From positions 1,302,001-1,366,000 of the forward strand of contig OZ059895.1 of NCBI GenBank assembly GCA_964057225.1: a DNA stretch of 64,000 bases, written 5' to 3'. Position numbers and translations under genes: made by a program. The notes beneath the pieces were generated by a model that saw only the letters and a list, made by a program, of their open reading frames with translations, was not told the origin of the DNA and made no database searches. Shown here piece by piece: positions 52,651-64,000 of the stretch (positions are counted from its first letter, which is position 1; the number at the start of each line of letters is the position of its first letter). Origin of the DNA: Auanema rhodensis (Eukaryota > Animalia > Nematoda).

Positions 52651-53703
52651 CAACATACACTAATGCATCATTTTTCAAACGATCATAACTAATTTTTGTA
52701 TTAGGCGTTTCTCAATGTAGTATAGTGCATTCGATGCGGATTTTTAAGCTGCGTCGTTCTGTGTTATCAGATTTGCGCTAGCTTAAAAATGCACCGAGAT
52801 ATCAACTGATATAAGTTCACACATATATCCTCGATTTTCACCCTGAAGAATTAATTTTTTCGTTGAATAACATTGTCCATCGTCTTTGCCTTGAAAAAAA
52901 GAATCTAAAAACATCTACTTTTTGCTAAATTATTTTGAAATTTTTCGAAAAAATTTTTGTCAAAATGTTTTTGGAAGCAATGTTGAGTGTACATGGAAAC
53001 TCAACATACACTAATGCATCATTTTTCAAACGATCATAACTAATTTTTGTATTAAGCGTTTCTCAATGTAGTATAGTGCATTCGATGCGGATTTTTAAGC
53101 TGCGTCGTTCTGTGTTATCAGATTTGCGCTAGCTTGAAAATGCACCGAGATATCAACTGATATAAGTTCACACTTATATCCTCGATTTTCACCCTGAAGA
53201 ATTAATTTTTTCGTTGAATAACATTGTCCATCGTCTTTGCCTTGAAAAAAAGAATCTAAAAACATCTACTTTTTGCTAAATTATTTTGAAATTTTTCGAA
53301 AAAATTTTTGTCAAAATGTTTTTGGAAGCAATGTTGAGTGTACATGGAAACTCAACATACACTAATGCATCATTTTTCAAACGATCATAACTAATTTTTG
53401 TATTAAGCGTTTCTCAATGTAGTATAGTGCATTCGATGCGGATTTTTAAGCTGCGTCGTTCTGTGTTATCAGATTTGCGCTAGCTTAAAAATGCACCGAG
53501 ATATCAACTGATATAAGTTCACACATATATCCTCGATTTTCACCCTGAAGAATTAATTTTTTCGTTGAATAACATTGTCCATCGTCTTTGCCTTGAAAAA
53601 AAGAATCTAAAAACATCTACTTTTTGCTAAATTATTTTGAAATTTTTCGAAAAAATTTTTGTCAAAATGTTTTTGGAAGCAATGTTGAGTGTACATGGAA
53701 ACT

Positions 53704-56700
53704 CAACATACACTAATGCATCATTTTTCAAACGATCATAATTAATTTTTGTATTAAGCGTTTCTCAATGTAGTATAGTGCATTCGATGCGGATTTTTAA
53801 GCTGCGTCGATCTGTGTTATCAGATTTGCGCTAGCTTAAAAATGCACCGAGATATCAACTGATATAAGTTCACACTTATATCCTCGATTTTCACCCTGAA
53901 GAATTAATTTTTTCGTTGAATAACATTGTCCATCGTCTTTGCCTTGAAAAAAGGAATCTAAAAACATCTACTTTTTGCTAAATTATTCTGAAATTTTTCG
54001 AAAAAATTTTTGTCAAAATGTTTTTGGAAGCAATGTTGAGTGTACATGGAAACTCAACATACACTAATGCATCATTTTTCAAACGATCATAACTAATTTT
54101 TGTATTAAGCGTTTCTCAATGTAGTATAGTGCATTCGATGCGGATTTTTAAGCTGCGTCGTTCTGTGTTATCAGATTTGCGCTAGCTTGAAAATGCACCG
54201 AGATATCAACTGATATAAGTTCACACATATATCCTCGATTTTCACCCTGAAGAATTAATTTTTTCGTTGAATAACATTGTCCATCGTCTTTGCCTTGAAA
54301 AAAAGAATCTGAAAACATCTACTTTTTGCTAAATTATTTTGAAATTTTTCGAAAAAATTTTTGTCAAAATGTTTTTGGAAGCAATGTTGAGTGTACATGG
54401 AAACTCAACATACACTAATGCATCATTTTTCAAACGATCATAACTAATTTTTGTATTAAGCGTTTCTCAATTTTGTATAGTGCATTCGATGCGGATTTTT
54501 AAGCTGCGTCGATCTGTGTTATCAGATTTGCGCTAGCTTGAAAATGCACCGAGATATCAACTGATATAAGTTCACACTTATATCCTCGATTTTCACCCTG
54601 AAGAATTAATTTTTTCGTTGAATAACATTGTCCATCGTCTTTGCCTTAAAAAAAGGAATCTGAAAACATCTACTTTTTGCTAAATTATTTTGAAATTTTT
54701 CGAAAAAATTTTTGTCAAAATGTTTTTGGAAGCAATGTTGAGTGTACATGGAAACTCAACATACACTAATGCATCATTTTTCAAACGATCATAACTAATT
54801 TTTGTATTAGGCGTTTCTCAATGTAGTATAGTGCATTCGATGCGGATTTTTAAGCTGCGTCGATCTGTGTTATCAGATTTGCGCTAGCTTGAAAATGCAC
54901 CGAGATATCAACTGATATAAGTTCACACTTATATCCTCGATTTTCACCCTGAAGAATTAATTTTTTCGTTGAATAACATTGTCCATCGTCTTTGCCTTGA
55001 AAAAAAGAATCTAAAAACATCTACTTTTTGCTAAATTATTTTGAAATTTTTCGAAAAAATTTTTGTCAAAATGTTTTTGGAAGCAATGTTGAGTGTACAT
55101 GGAAACTCAACATACACTAATGCATCATTTTTCAAACGATCATAACTAATTTTTGTATTAGGCGTTTTTCAATGTAGTATAGTGCATTCGATGCGGATTT
55201 TTAAGCTGCGTCGATCTGTGTTATCAGATTTGCGCTAGCTTGAAAATGCACCGAGATATCAACTGATATAAGTTCACACTTATATCCTCGATTTTCACCC
55301 TGAAGAATTAATTTTTTCGTTGAATAACATTGTCCATCGTCTTTGCCTTAAAAAAAGGAATCTGAAAACATCTACTTTTTGCTAAATTATTTTGAAATTT
55401 TTCGAAAAAATTTTTGTCAAAATGTTTTTGGAAGCAATGTTGAGTGTACATGGAAACTCAAAATACACTAATGCATCATTTTTCAAACGATCATAACTAA
55501 TTTTTGTATTAGGCGTTTCTCAATGTAGTATAGTGCATTCGATGCGGATTTTTAAGCTGCGTCGATCTGTGTTATCAGATTTGCGCTAGCTTGAAAATGC
55601 ACCGAGATATCAACTGATATAAGTTCACACTTATATCCTCGATTTTCACCCTGAAGAATTAATTTTTTCGTTGAATAACATTGTCCATCGTCTTTGCCTT
55701 AAAAAAAGGAATCTGAAAACATCTACTTTTTGCTAAATTATTTTGAAATTTTTCGAAAAAATTTTTGTCAAAATGTTTTTGGAAGCAATGTTGAGTGTAC
55801 ATGGAAACTCAACATACACTAATGCATCATTTTTCAAACGATCATAACTAATTTTTGTATTAGGCGTTTTTCAATGTAGTATAGTGCATTCGATGCGGAT
55901 TTTTAAGCTGCGTCGATCTGTGTTATCAGATTTGCGCTAGCTTGAAAATGCACCGAGATATCAACTGATATAAGTTCACACTTATATCCTCGATTTTCAC
56001 CCTGAAGAATTAATTTTTTCGTTGAATAACATTGTCCATCGTCTTTGCCTTAAAAAAAGGAATCTGAAAACATCTACTTTTTGCTAAATTATTTTGAAAT
56101 TTTTCGAAAAAATTTTTGTCAAAATGTTTTTGGAAGCAATGTTGAGTGTACATGGAAACTCAACATACACTAATGCATCATTTTTCAAACGATCATAACT
56201 AATTTTTGTATTAGGCGTTTCTCAATGTAGTATAGTGCATTCGATGCGGATTTTTAAGCTGCGTCGATCTGTGTTATCAGATTTGCGCTAGCTTGAAAAT
56301 GCACCGAGATATCAACTGATATAAGTTCACACTTATATCCTCGATTTTCACCCTGAAGAATTAATTTTTTCGTTGAATAACATTGTCCATCGTCTTTGCC
56401 TTGAAAAAAGGAATCTAAAAACATCTACTTTTTGCTAAATTATTTTGAAATTTTTCGAAAAAATTTTTGTCAAAATGTTTTTGGAAGCAATGTTGAGTGT
56501 ACATGGAAACTCAACATACACTAATGCATCATTTTTCAAACGATCATAACTAATTTTTGTATTAAGCGTTTCTCAATTTTGTATAGTGCATTCGATGCGG
56601 ATTTTTAAGCTGCGTCGATCTGTGTTATCAGATTTGCGCTAGCTTGAAAATGCACCGAGATATCAACTGATATAAGTTCACACTTATATCCTCGATTTTC

Positions 56701-59700
56701 ACCCTGAAGAATTAATTTTTTCGTTGAATAACATTGTCCATCGTCTTTGCCTTAAAAAAAGGAATCTGAAAACATCTACTTTTTGCTAAATTATTTTGAA
56801 ATTTTTCGAAAAAATTTTTGTCAAAATGTTTTTGGAAGCAATGTTGAGTGTACATGGAAACTCAACATACACTAATGCATCATTTTTCAAACGATCATAA
56901 CTAATTTTTGTATTAGGCGTTTCTCAATGTAGTATAGTGCATTCGATGCGGATTTTTAAGCTGCGTCGATCTGTGTTATCAGATTTGCGCTAGCTTGAAA
57001 ATGCACCGAGATATCAACTGATATAAGTTCACACTTATATCCTCGATTTTCACCCTGAAGAATTAATTTTTTCGTTGAATAACATTGTCCATCGTCTTTG
57101 CCTTGAAAAAAAGAATCTAAAAACATCTACTTTTTGCTAAATTATTTTGAAATTTTTCGAAAAAATTTTTGTCAAAATGTTTTTGGAAGCAATGTTGAGT
57201 GTACATGGAAACTCAACATACACTAATGCATCATTTTTCAAACGATCATAACTAATTTTTGTATTAGGCGTTTTTCAATGTAGTATAGTGCATTCGATGC
57301 GGATTTTTAAGCTGCGTCGATCTGTGTTATCAGATTTGCGCTAGCTTGAAAATGCACCGAGATATCAACTGATATAAGTTCACACTTATATCCTCGATTT
57401 TCACCCTGAAGAATTAATTTTTTCGTTGAATAACATTGTCCATCGTCTTTGCCTTAAAAAAAGGAATCTGAAAACATCTACTTTTTGCTAAATTATTTTG
57501 AAATTTTTCGAAAAAATTTTTGTCAAAATGTTTTTGGAAGCAATGTTGAGTGTACATGGAAACTCAACATACACTAATGCATCATTTTTCAAACGATCAT
57601 AACTAATTTTTGTATTAGGCGTTTCTCAATGTAGTATAGTGCATTCGATGCGGATTTTTAAGCTGCGTCGATCTGTGTTATCAGATTTGCGCTAGCTTGA
57701 AAATGCACCGAGATATCAACTGATATAAGTTCACACTTATATCCTCGATTTTCACCCTGAAGAATTAATTTTTTCGTTGAATAACATTGTCCATCGTCTT
57801 TGCCTTGAAAAAAAGAATCTAAAAACATCTACTTTTTGCTAAATTATTTTGAAATTTTTCGAAAAAATTTTTGTCAAAATGTTTTTGGAAGCAATGTTGA
57901 GTGTACATGGAAACTCAACATACACTAATGCATCATTTTTCAAACGATCATAACTAATTTTTGTATTAGGCGTTTTTCAATGTAGTATAGTGCATTCGAT
58001 GCGGATTTTTAAGCTGCGTCGATCTGTGTTATCAGATTTGCGCTAGCTTGAAAATGCACCGAGATATCAACTGATATAAGTTCACACTTATATCCTCGAT
58101 TTTCACCCTGAAGAATTAATTTTTTCGTTGAATAACATTGTCCATCGTCTTTGCCTTAAAAAAAGGAATCTGAAAACATCTACTTTTTGCTAAATTATTT
58201 TGAAATTTTTCGAAAAAATTTTTGTCAAAATGTTTTTGGAAGCAATGTTGAGTGTACATGGAAACTCAAAATACACTAATGCATCATTTTTCAAACGATC
58301 ATAACTAATTTTTGTATTAGGCGTTTCTCAATGTAGTATAGTGCATTCGATGCGGATTTTTAAGCTGCGTCGATCTGTGTTATCAGATTTGCGCTAGCTT
58401 GAAAATGCACCGAGATATCAACTGATATAAGTTCACACTTATATCCTCGATTTTCACCCTGAAGAATTAATTTTTTCGTTGAATAACATTGTCCATCGTC
58501 TTTGCCTTAAAAAAAGGAATCTGAAAACATCTACTTTTTGCTAAATTATTTTGAAATTTTTCGAAAAAATTTTTGTCAAAATGTTTTTGGAAGCAATGTT
58601 GAGTGTACATGGAAACTCAACATACACTAATGCATCATTTTTCAAACGATCATAACTAATTTTTGTATTAGGCGTTTTTCAATGTAGTATAGTGCATTCG
58701 ATGCGGATTTTTAAGCTGCGTCGATCTGTGTTATCAGATTTGCGCTAGCTTGAAAATGCACCGAGATATCAACTGATATAAGTTCACACTTATATCCTCG
58801 ATTTTCACCCTGAAGAATTAATTTTTTCGTTGAATAACATTGTCCATCGTCTTTGCCTTAAAAAAAGGAATCTGAAAACATCTACTTTTTGCTAAATTAT
58901 TTTGAAATTTTTCGAAAAAATTTTTGTCAAAATGTTTTTGGAAGCAATGTTGAGTGTACATGGAAACTCAACATACACTAATGCATCATTTTTCAAACGA
59001 TCATAATTAATTTTTGTATTAAGCGTTTCTCAATGTAGTATAGTGCATTCGATGCGGATTTTTAAGCTGCGTCGATCTGTGTTATCAGATTTGCGCTAGC
59101 TTAAAAATGCACCGAGATATCAACTGATATAAGTTCACACTTATATCCTCGATTTTCACCCTGAAGAATTAATTTTTTCGTTGAATAACATTGTCCATCG
59201 TCTTTGCCTTGAAAAAAGGAATCTAAAAACATCTACTTATTGCTAAATTATTCTGAAATTTTTCGAAAAAATTTTTGTCAAAATGTTTTTGGAAGCAATG
59301 TTGAGTGTACATGGAAACTCAACATACACTAATGCATCATTTTTCAAACGATCATAACTAATTTTTGTATTAAGCGTTTCTCAATGTAGTATAGTGCATT
59401 CGATGCGGATTTTTAAGCTGCGTCGTTCTGTGTTATCAGATTTGCGCTAGCTTGAAAATGCACCGAGATATCAACTGATATAAGTTCACACATATATCCT
59501 CGATTTTCACCCTGAAGAATTAATTTTTTCGTTGAATAACATTGTCCATCGTCTTTGCCTTGAAAAAAAGAATCTGAAAACATCTACTTTTTGCTAAATT
59601 ATTTTGAAATTTTTCGAAAAAATTTTTGTCAAAATGTTTTTGGAAGCAATGTTGAGTGTACATGGAAACTCAACATACACTAATGCATCATTTTTCAAAC

Positions 59701-62700
59701 GATCATAACTAATTTTTGTATTAAGCGTTTCTCAATTTTGTATAGTGCATTCGATGCGGATTTTTAAGCTGCGTCGATCTGTGTTATCAGATTTGCGCTA
59801 GCTTGAAAATGCACCGAGATATCAACTGATATAAGTTCACACTTATATCCTCGATTTTCACCCTGAAGAATTAATTTTTTCGTTGAATAACATTGTCCAT
59901 CGTCTTTGCCTTAAAAAAAGGAATCTGAAAACATCTACTTTTTGCTAAATTATTTTGAAATTTTTCGAAAAAATTTTTGTCAAAATGTTTTTGGAAGCAA
60001 TGTTGAGTGTACATGGAAACTCAACATACACTAATGCATCATTTTTCAAACGATCATAACTAATTTTTGTATTAGGCGTTTCTCAATGTAGTATAGTGCA
60101 TTCGATGCGGATTTTTAAGCTGCGTCGATCTGTGTTATCAGATTTGCGCTAGCTTGAAAATGCACCGAGATATCAACTGATATAAGTTCACACTTATATC
60201 CTCGATTTTCACCCTGAAGAATTAATTTTTTCGTTGAATAACATTGTCCATCGTCTTTGCCTTGAAAAAAAGAATCTAAAAACATCTACTTTTTGCTAAA
60301 TTATTTTGAAATTTTTCGAAAAAATTTTTGTCAAAATGTTTTTGGAAGCAATGTTGAGTGTACATGGAAACTCAACATACACTAATGCATCATTTTTCAA
60401 ACGATCATAACTAATTTTTGTATTAGGCGTTTTTCAATGTAGTATAGTGCATTCGATGCGGATTTTTAAGCTGCGTCGATCTGTGTTATCAGATTTGCGC
60501 TAGCTTGAAAATGCACCGAGATATCAACTGATATAAGTTCACACTTATATCCTCGATTTTCACCCTGAAGAATTAATTTTTTCGTTGAATAACATTGTCC
60601 ATCGTCTTTGCCTTAAAAAAAGGAATCTGAAAACATCTACTTTTTGCTAAATTATTTTGAAATTTTTCGAAAAAATTTTTGTCAAAATGTTTTTGGAAGC
60701 AATGTTGAGTGTACATGGAAACTCAAAATACACTAATGCATCATTTTTCAAACGATCATAACTAATTTTTGTATTAGGCGTTTCTCAATGTAGTATAGTG
60801 CATTCGATGCGGATTTTTAAGCTGCGTCGATCTGTGTTATCAGATTTGCGCTAGCTTGAAAATGCACCGAGATATCAACTGATATAAGTTCACACTTATA
60901 TCCTCGATTTTCACCCTGAAGAATTAATTTTTTCGTTGAATAACATTGTCCATCGTCTTTGCCTTAAAAAAAGGAATCTGAAAACATCTACTTTTTGCTA
61001 AATTATTTTGAAATTTTTCGAAAAAATTTTTGTCAAAATGTTTTTGGAAGCAATGTTGAGTGTACATGGAAACTCAACATACACTAATGCATCATTTTTC
61101 AAACGATCATAACTAATTTTTGTATTAGGCGTTTTTCAATGTAGTATAGTGCATTCGATGCGGATTTTTAAGCTGCGTCGATCTGTGTTATCAGATTTGC
61201 GCTAGCTTGAAAATGCACCGAGATATCAACTGATATAAGTTCACACTTATATCCTCGATTTTCACCCTGAAGAATTAATTTTTTCGTTGAATAACATTGT
61301 CCATCGTCTTTGCCTTAAAAAAAGGAATCTGAAAACATCTACTTTTTGCTAAATTATTTTGAAATTTTTCGAAAAAATTTTTGTCAAAATGTTTTTGGAA
61401 GCAATGTTGAGTGTACATGGAAACTCAACATACACTAATGCATCATTTTTCAAACGATCATAACTAATTTTTGTATTAGGCGTTTCTCAATGTAGTATAG
61501 TGCATTCGATGCGGATTTTTAAGCTGCGTCGATCTGTGTTATCAGATTTGCGCTAGCTTGAAAATGCACCGAGATATCAACTGATATAAGTTCACACTTA
61601 TATCCTCGATTTTCACCCTGAAGAATTAATTTTTTCGTTGAATAACATTGTCCATCGTCTTTGCCTTGAAAAAAGGAATCTAAAAACATCTACTTTTTGC
61701 TAAATTATTTTGAAATTTTTCGAAAAAATTTTTGTCAAAATGTTTTTGGAAGCAATGTTGAGTGTACATGGAAACTCAACATACACTAATGCATCATTTT
61801 TCAAACGATCATAACTAATTTTTGTATTAAGCGTTTCTCAATTTTGTATAGTGCATTCGATGCGGATTTTTAAGCTGCGTCGATCTGTGTTATCAGATTT
61901 GCGCTAGCTTGAAAATGCACCGAGATATCAACTGATATAAGTTCACACTTATATCCTCGATTTTCACCCTGAAGAATTAATTTTTTCGTTGAATAACATT
62001 GTCCATCGTCTTTGCCTTAAAAAAAGGAATCTGAAAACATCTACTTTTTGCTAAATTATTTTGAAATTTTTCGAAAAAATTTTTGTCAAAATGTTTTTGG
62101 AAGCAATGTTGAGTGTACATGGAAACTCAACATACACTAATGCATCATTTTTCAAACGATCATAACTAATTTTTGTATTAGGCGTTTCTCAATGTAGTAT
62201 AGTGCATTCGATGCGGATTTTTAAGCTGCGTCGATCTGTGTTATCAGATTTGCGCTAGCTTGAAAATGCACCGAGATATCAACTGATATAAGTTCACACT
62301 TATATCCTCGATTTTCACCCTGAAGAATTAATTTTTTCGTTGAATAACATTGTCCATCGTCTTTGCCTTGAAAAAAAGAATCTAAAAACATCTACTTTTT
62401 GCTAAATTATTTTGAAATTTTTCGAAAAAATTTTTGTCAAAATGTTTTTGGAAGCAATGTTGAGTGTACATGGAAACTCAACATACACTAATGCATCATT
62501 TTTCAAACGATCATAACTAATTTTTGTATTAGGCGTTTTTCAATGTAGTATAGTGCATTCGATGCGGATTTTTAAGCTGCGTCGATCTGTGTTATCAGAT
62601 TTGCGCTAGCTTGAAAATGCACCGAGATATCAACTGATATAAGTTCACACTTATATCCTCGATTTTCACCCTGAAGAATTAATTTTTTCGTTGAATAACA

Positions 62701-63882
62701 TTGTCCATCGTCTTTGCCTTAAAAAAAGGAATCTGAAAACATCTACTTTTTGCTAAATTATTTTGAAATTTTTCGAAAAAATTTTTGTCAAAATGTTTTT
62801 GGAAGCAATGTTGAGTGTACATGGAAACTCAAAATACACTAATGCATCATTTTTCAAACGATCATAACTAATTTTTGTATTAGGCGTTTCTCAATGTAGT
62901 ATAGTGCATTCGATGCGGATTTTTAAGCTGCGTCGATCTGTGTTATCAGATTTGCGCTAGCTTGAAAATGCACCGAGATATCAACTGATATAAGTTCACA
63001 CTTATATCCTCGATTTTCACCCTGAAGAATTAATTTTTTCGTTGAATAACATTGTCCATCGTCTTTGCCTTAAAAAAAGGAATCTGAAAACATCTACTTT
63101 TTGCTAAATTATTTTGAAATTTTTCGAAAAAATTTTTGTCAAAATGTTTTTGGAAGCAATGTTGAGTGTACATGGAAACTCAACATACACTAATGCATCA
63201 TTTTTCAAACGATCATAACTAATTTTTGTATTAGGCGTTTTTCAATGTAGTATAGTGCATTCGATGCGGATTTTTAAGCTGCGTCGATCTGTGTTATCAG
63301 ATTTGCGCTAGCTTGAAAATGCACCGAGATATCAACTGATATAAGTTCACACTTATATCCTCGATTTTCACCCTGAAGAATTAATTTTTTCGTTGAATAA
63401 CATTGTCCATCGTCTTTGCCTTAAAAAAAGGAATCTGAAAACATCTACTTTTTGCTAAATTATTTTGAAATTTTTCGAAAAAATTTTTGTCAAAATGTTT
63501 TTGGAAGCAATGTTGAGTGTACATGGAAACTCAACATACACTAATGCATCATTTTTCAAACGATCATAACTAATTTTTGTATTAGGCGTTTCTCAATGTA
63601 GTATAGTGCATTCGATGCGGATTTTTAAGCTGCGTCGATCTGTGTTATCAGATTTGCGCTAGCTTGAAAATGCACCGAGATATCAACTGATATAAGTTCA
63701 CACTTATATCCTCGATTTTCACCCTGAAGAATTAATTTTTTCGTTGAATAACATTGTCCATCGTCTTTGCCTTGAAAAAAGGAATCTAAAAACATCTACT
63801 TTTTGCTAAATTATTTTGAAATTTTTCGAAAAAATTTTTGTCAAAATGTTTTTGGAAGCAATGTTGAGTGTACATGGAAACT
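53704..63882. repeat. 135G/54G subfamily domain with a 6-mer (2106 bp) repeat nested in a 15-mer-offset duplication, M154-M182
   Basis: Monomer string N O P Q R S R T P Q R Q R S R | N O P Q R S R T P Q R S R T. Keys: N=285C (53988/59253, +5265); O=107T,135G,173A,250A,257G; P=67T,69T,135G,243A,257G; Q=54G,135G,250A; R=54G,61T,135G,243A,257G; S=4A,54G,135G,243A,257G; T=54G,135G. Confidence 0.85.
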
Positions 63883-64000
63883 CAACATACACTAATGCAT
63901 CATTTTTCAAACGATCATAACTAATTTTTGTATTAAGCGTTTCTCAATGTAATATAGTGCATTCGATGCGGATTTTTAAGCTGCGTCGATCTGTGTTATC

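Larger units (their letters stand above)
1..64000. repeat. Tandem satellite DNA array, 351-bp monomer, ~182.3 copies, head-to-tail, extends beyond both window edges
   Basis: Exact 351-bp periodicity throughout. Consensus: CAACATACACTAATGCATCATTTTTCAAACGATCATAAYTAATTTTTGTATTAAGCGTTTCTCAATGTAGTATAGTGCATTCGATGCGGATTTTTAAGCTGCGTCGATCTGTGTTATCAGATTTGCGCTAGCTTAAAAATGCACCGAGATATCAACTGATATAAGTTCACACTTATATCCTCGATTTTCACCCTGAAGAATTAATTTTTTCGTTGAATAACATTGTCCATCGTCTTTGCCTTGAAAAAAGGAATCTAAAAACATCTACTTTTTGCTAAATTATTTTGAAATTTTTCGAAAAAATTTTTGTCAAAATGTTTTTGGAAGCAATGTTGAGTGTACATGGAAACT. M17, M18, M32 and M33 match it exactly (39T). Others differ by up to about 8 substitutions (~98-100% identity). Confidence 0.99.

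Noticed and set aside
1-64000. CRISPR array or other repeat-spacer system
   Set aside because: No unique spacers: the whole 351 bp is repeated at ~98-100% identity, and there are no cas or other genes.
1-64000. Coding tandem repeat (351 is divisible by 3, 117 codons)
   Set aside because: The ORF track shows no frame open across even one monomer, so every frame contains stops.
1-64000. Embedded transposon, inversion or unique island
   Set aside because: Monomer phase and orientation are unbroken from start to end, and no non-satellite sequence was seen.

Overview
The whole window is one uninterrupted head-to-tail tandem array of a 351-bp AT-rich monomer (about 31% GC by hand count), i.e. satellite DNA, most likely from a eukaryotic centromeric or heterochromatic block. 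It holds 182 complete monomers plus a 118-bp partial one. Monomer n (Mn) starts at 351*(n-1)+1, and CAACATACAC recurs in exact phase at 1, 7021, 21061, 28081, 35101, 42121, 49141, 56161 and 63181 (CAGCATACAC at 14041), so there is no net indel, inversion or inserted element in 64 kb. No genes, RNA genes, transposons or CRISPR arrays are supported. The five 63-aa ORFs are a by-product of point mutations removing one stop codon in the monomer. The information lies at two levels. (1) Inside the monomer: tiled dyad symmetries (a ~67-nt hairpin, a 9-bp stem-loop, a nested palindrome and a junction-spanning 9-bp inverted repeat). (2) Between monomers: SNP haplotypes (each monomer differs from consensus by 0-8 substitutions) reveal nested higher-order repeats of 2, 3, 4/5, 6, 9, 15 and 38/39 monomers, chimeric monomers marking recombination junctions, and a left-to-right turnover of variant subfamilies. 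Variant notation is monomer position plus derived base (e.g. 153G). All variant calls were made by eye and should be confirmed by alignment. I cannot name the organism or satellite family, and I found no evidence of a new coding system.
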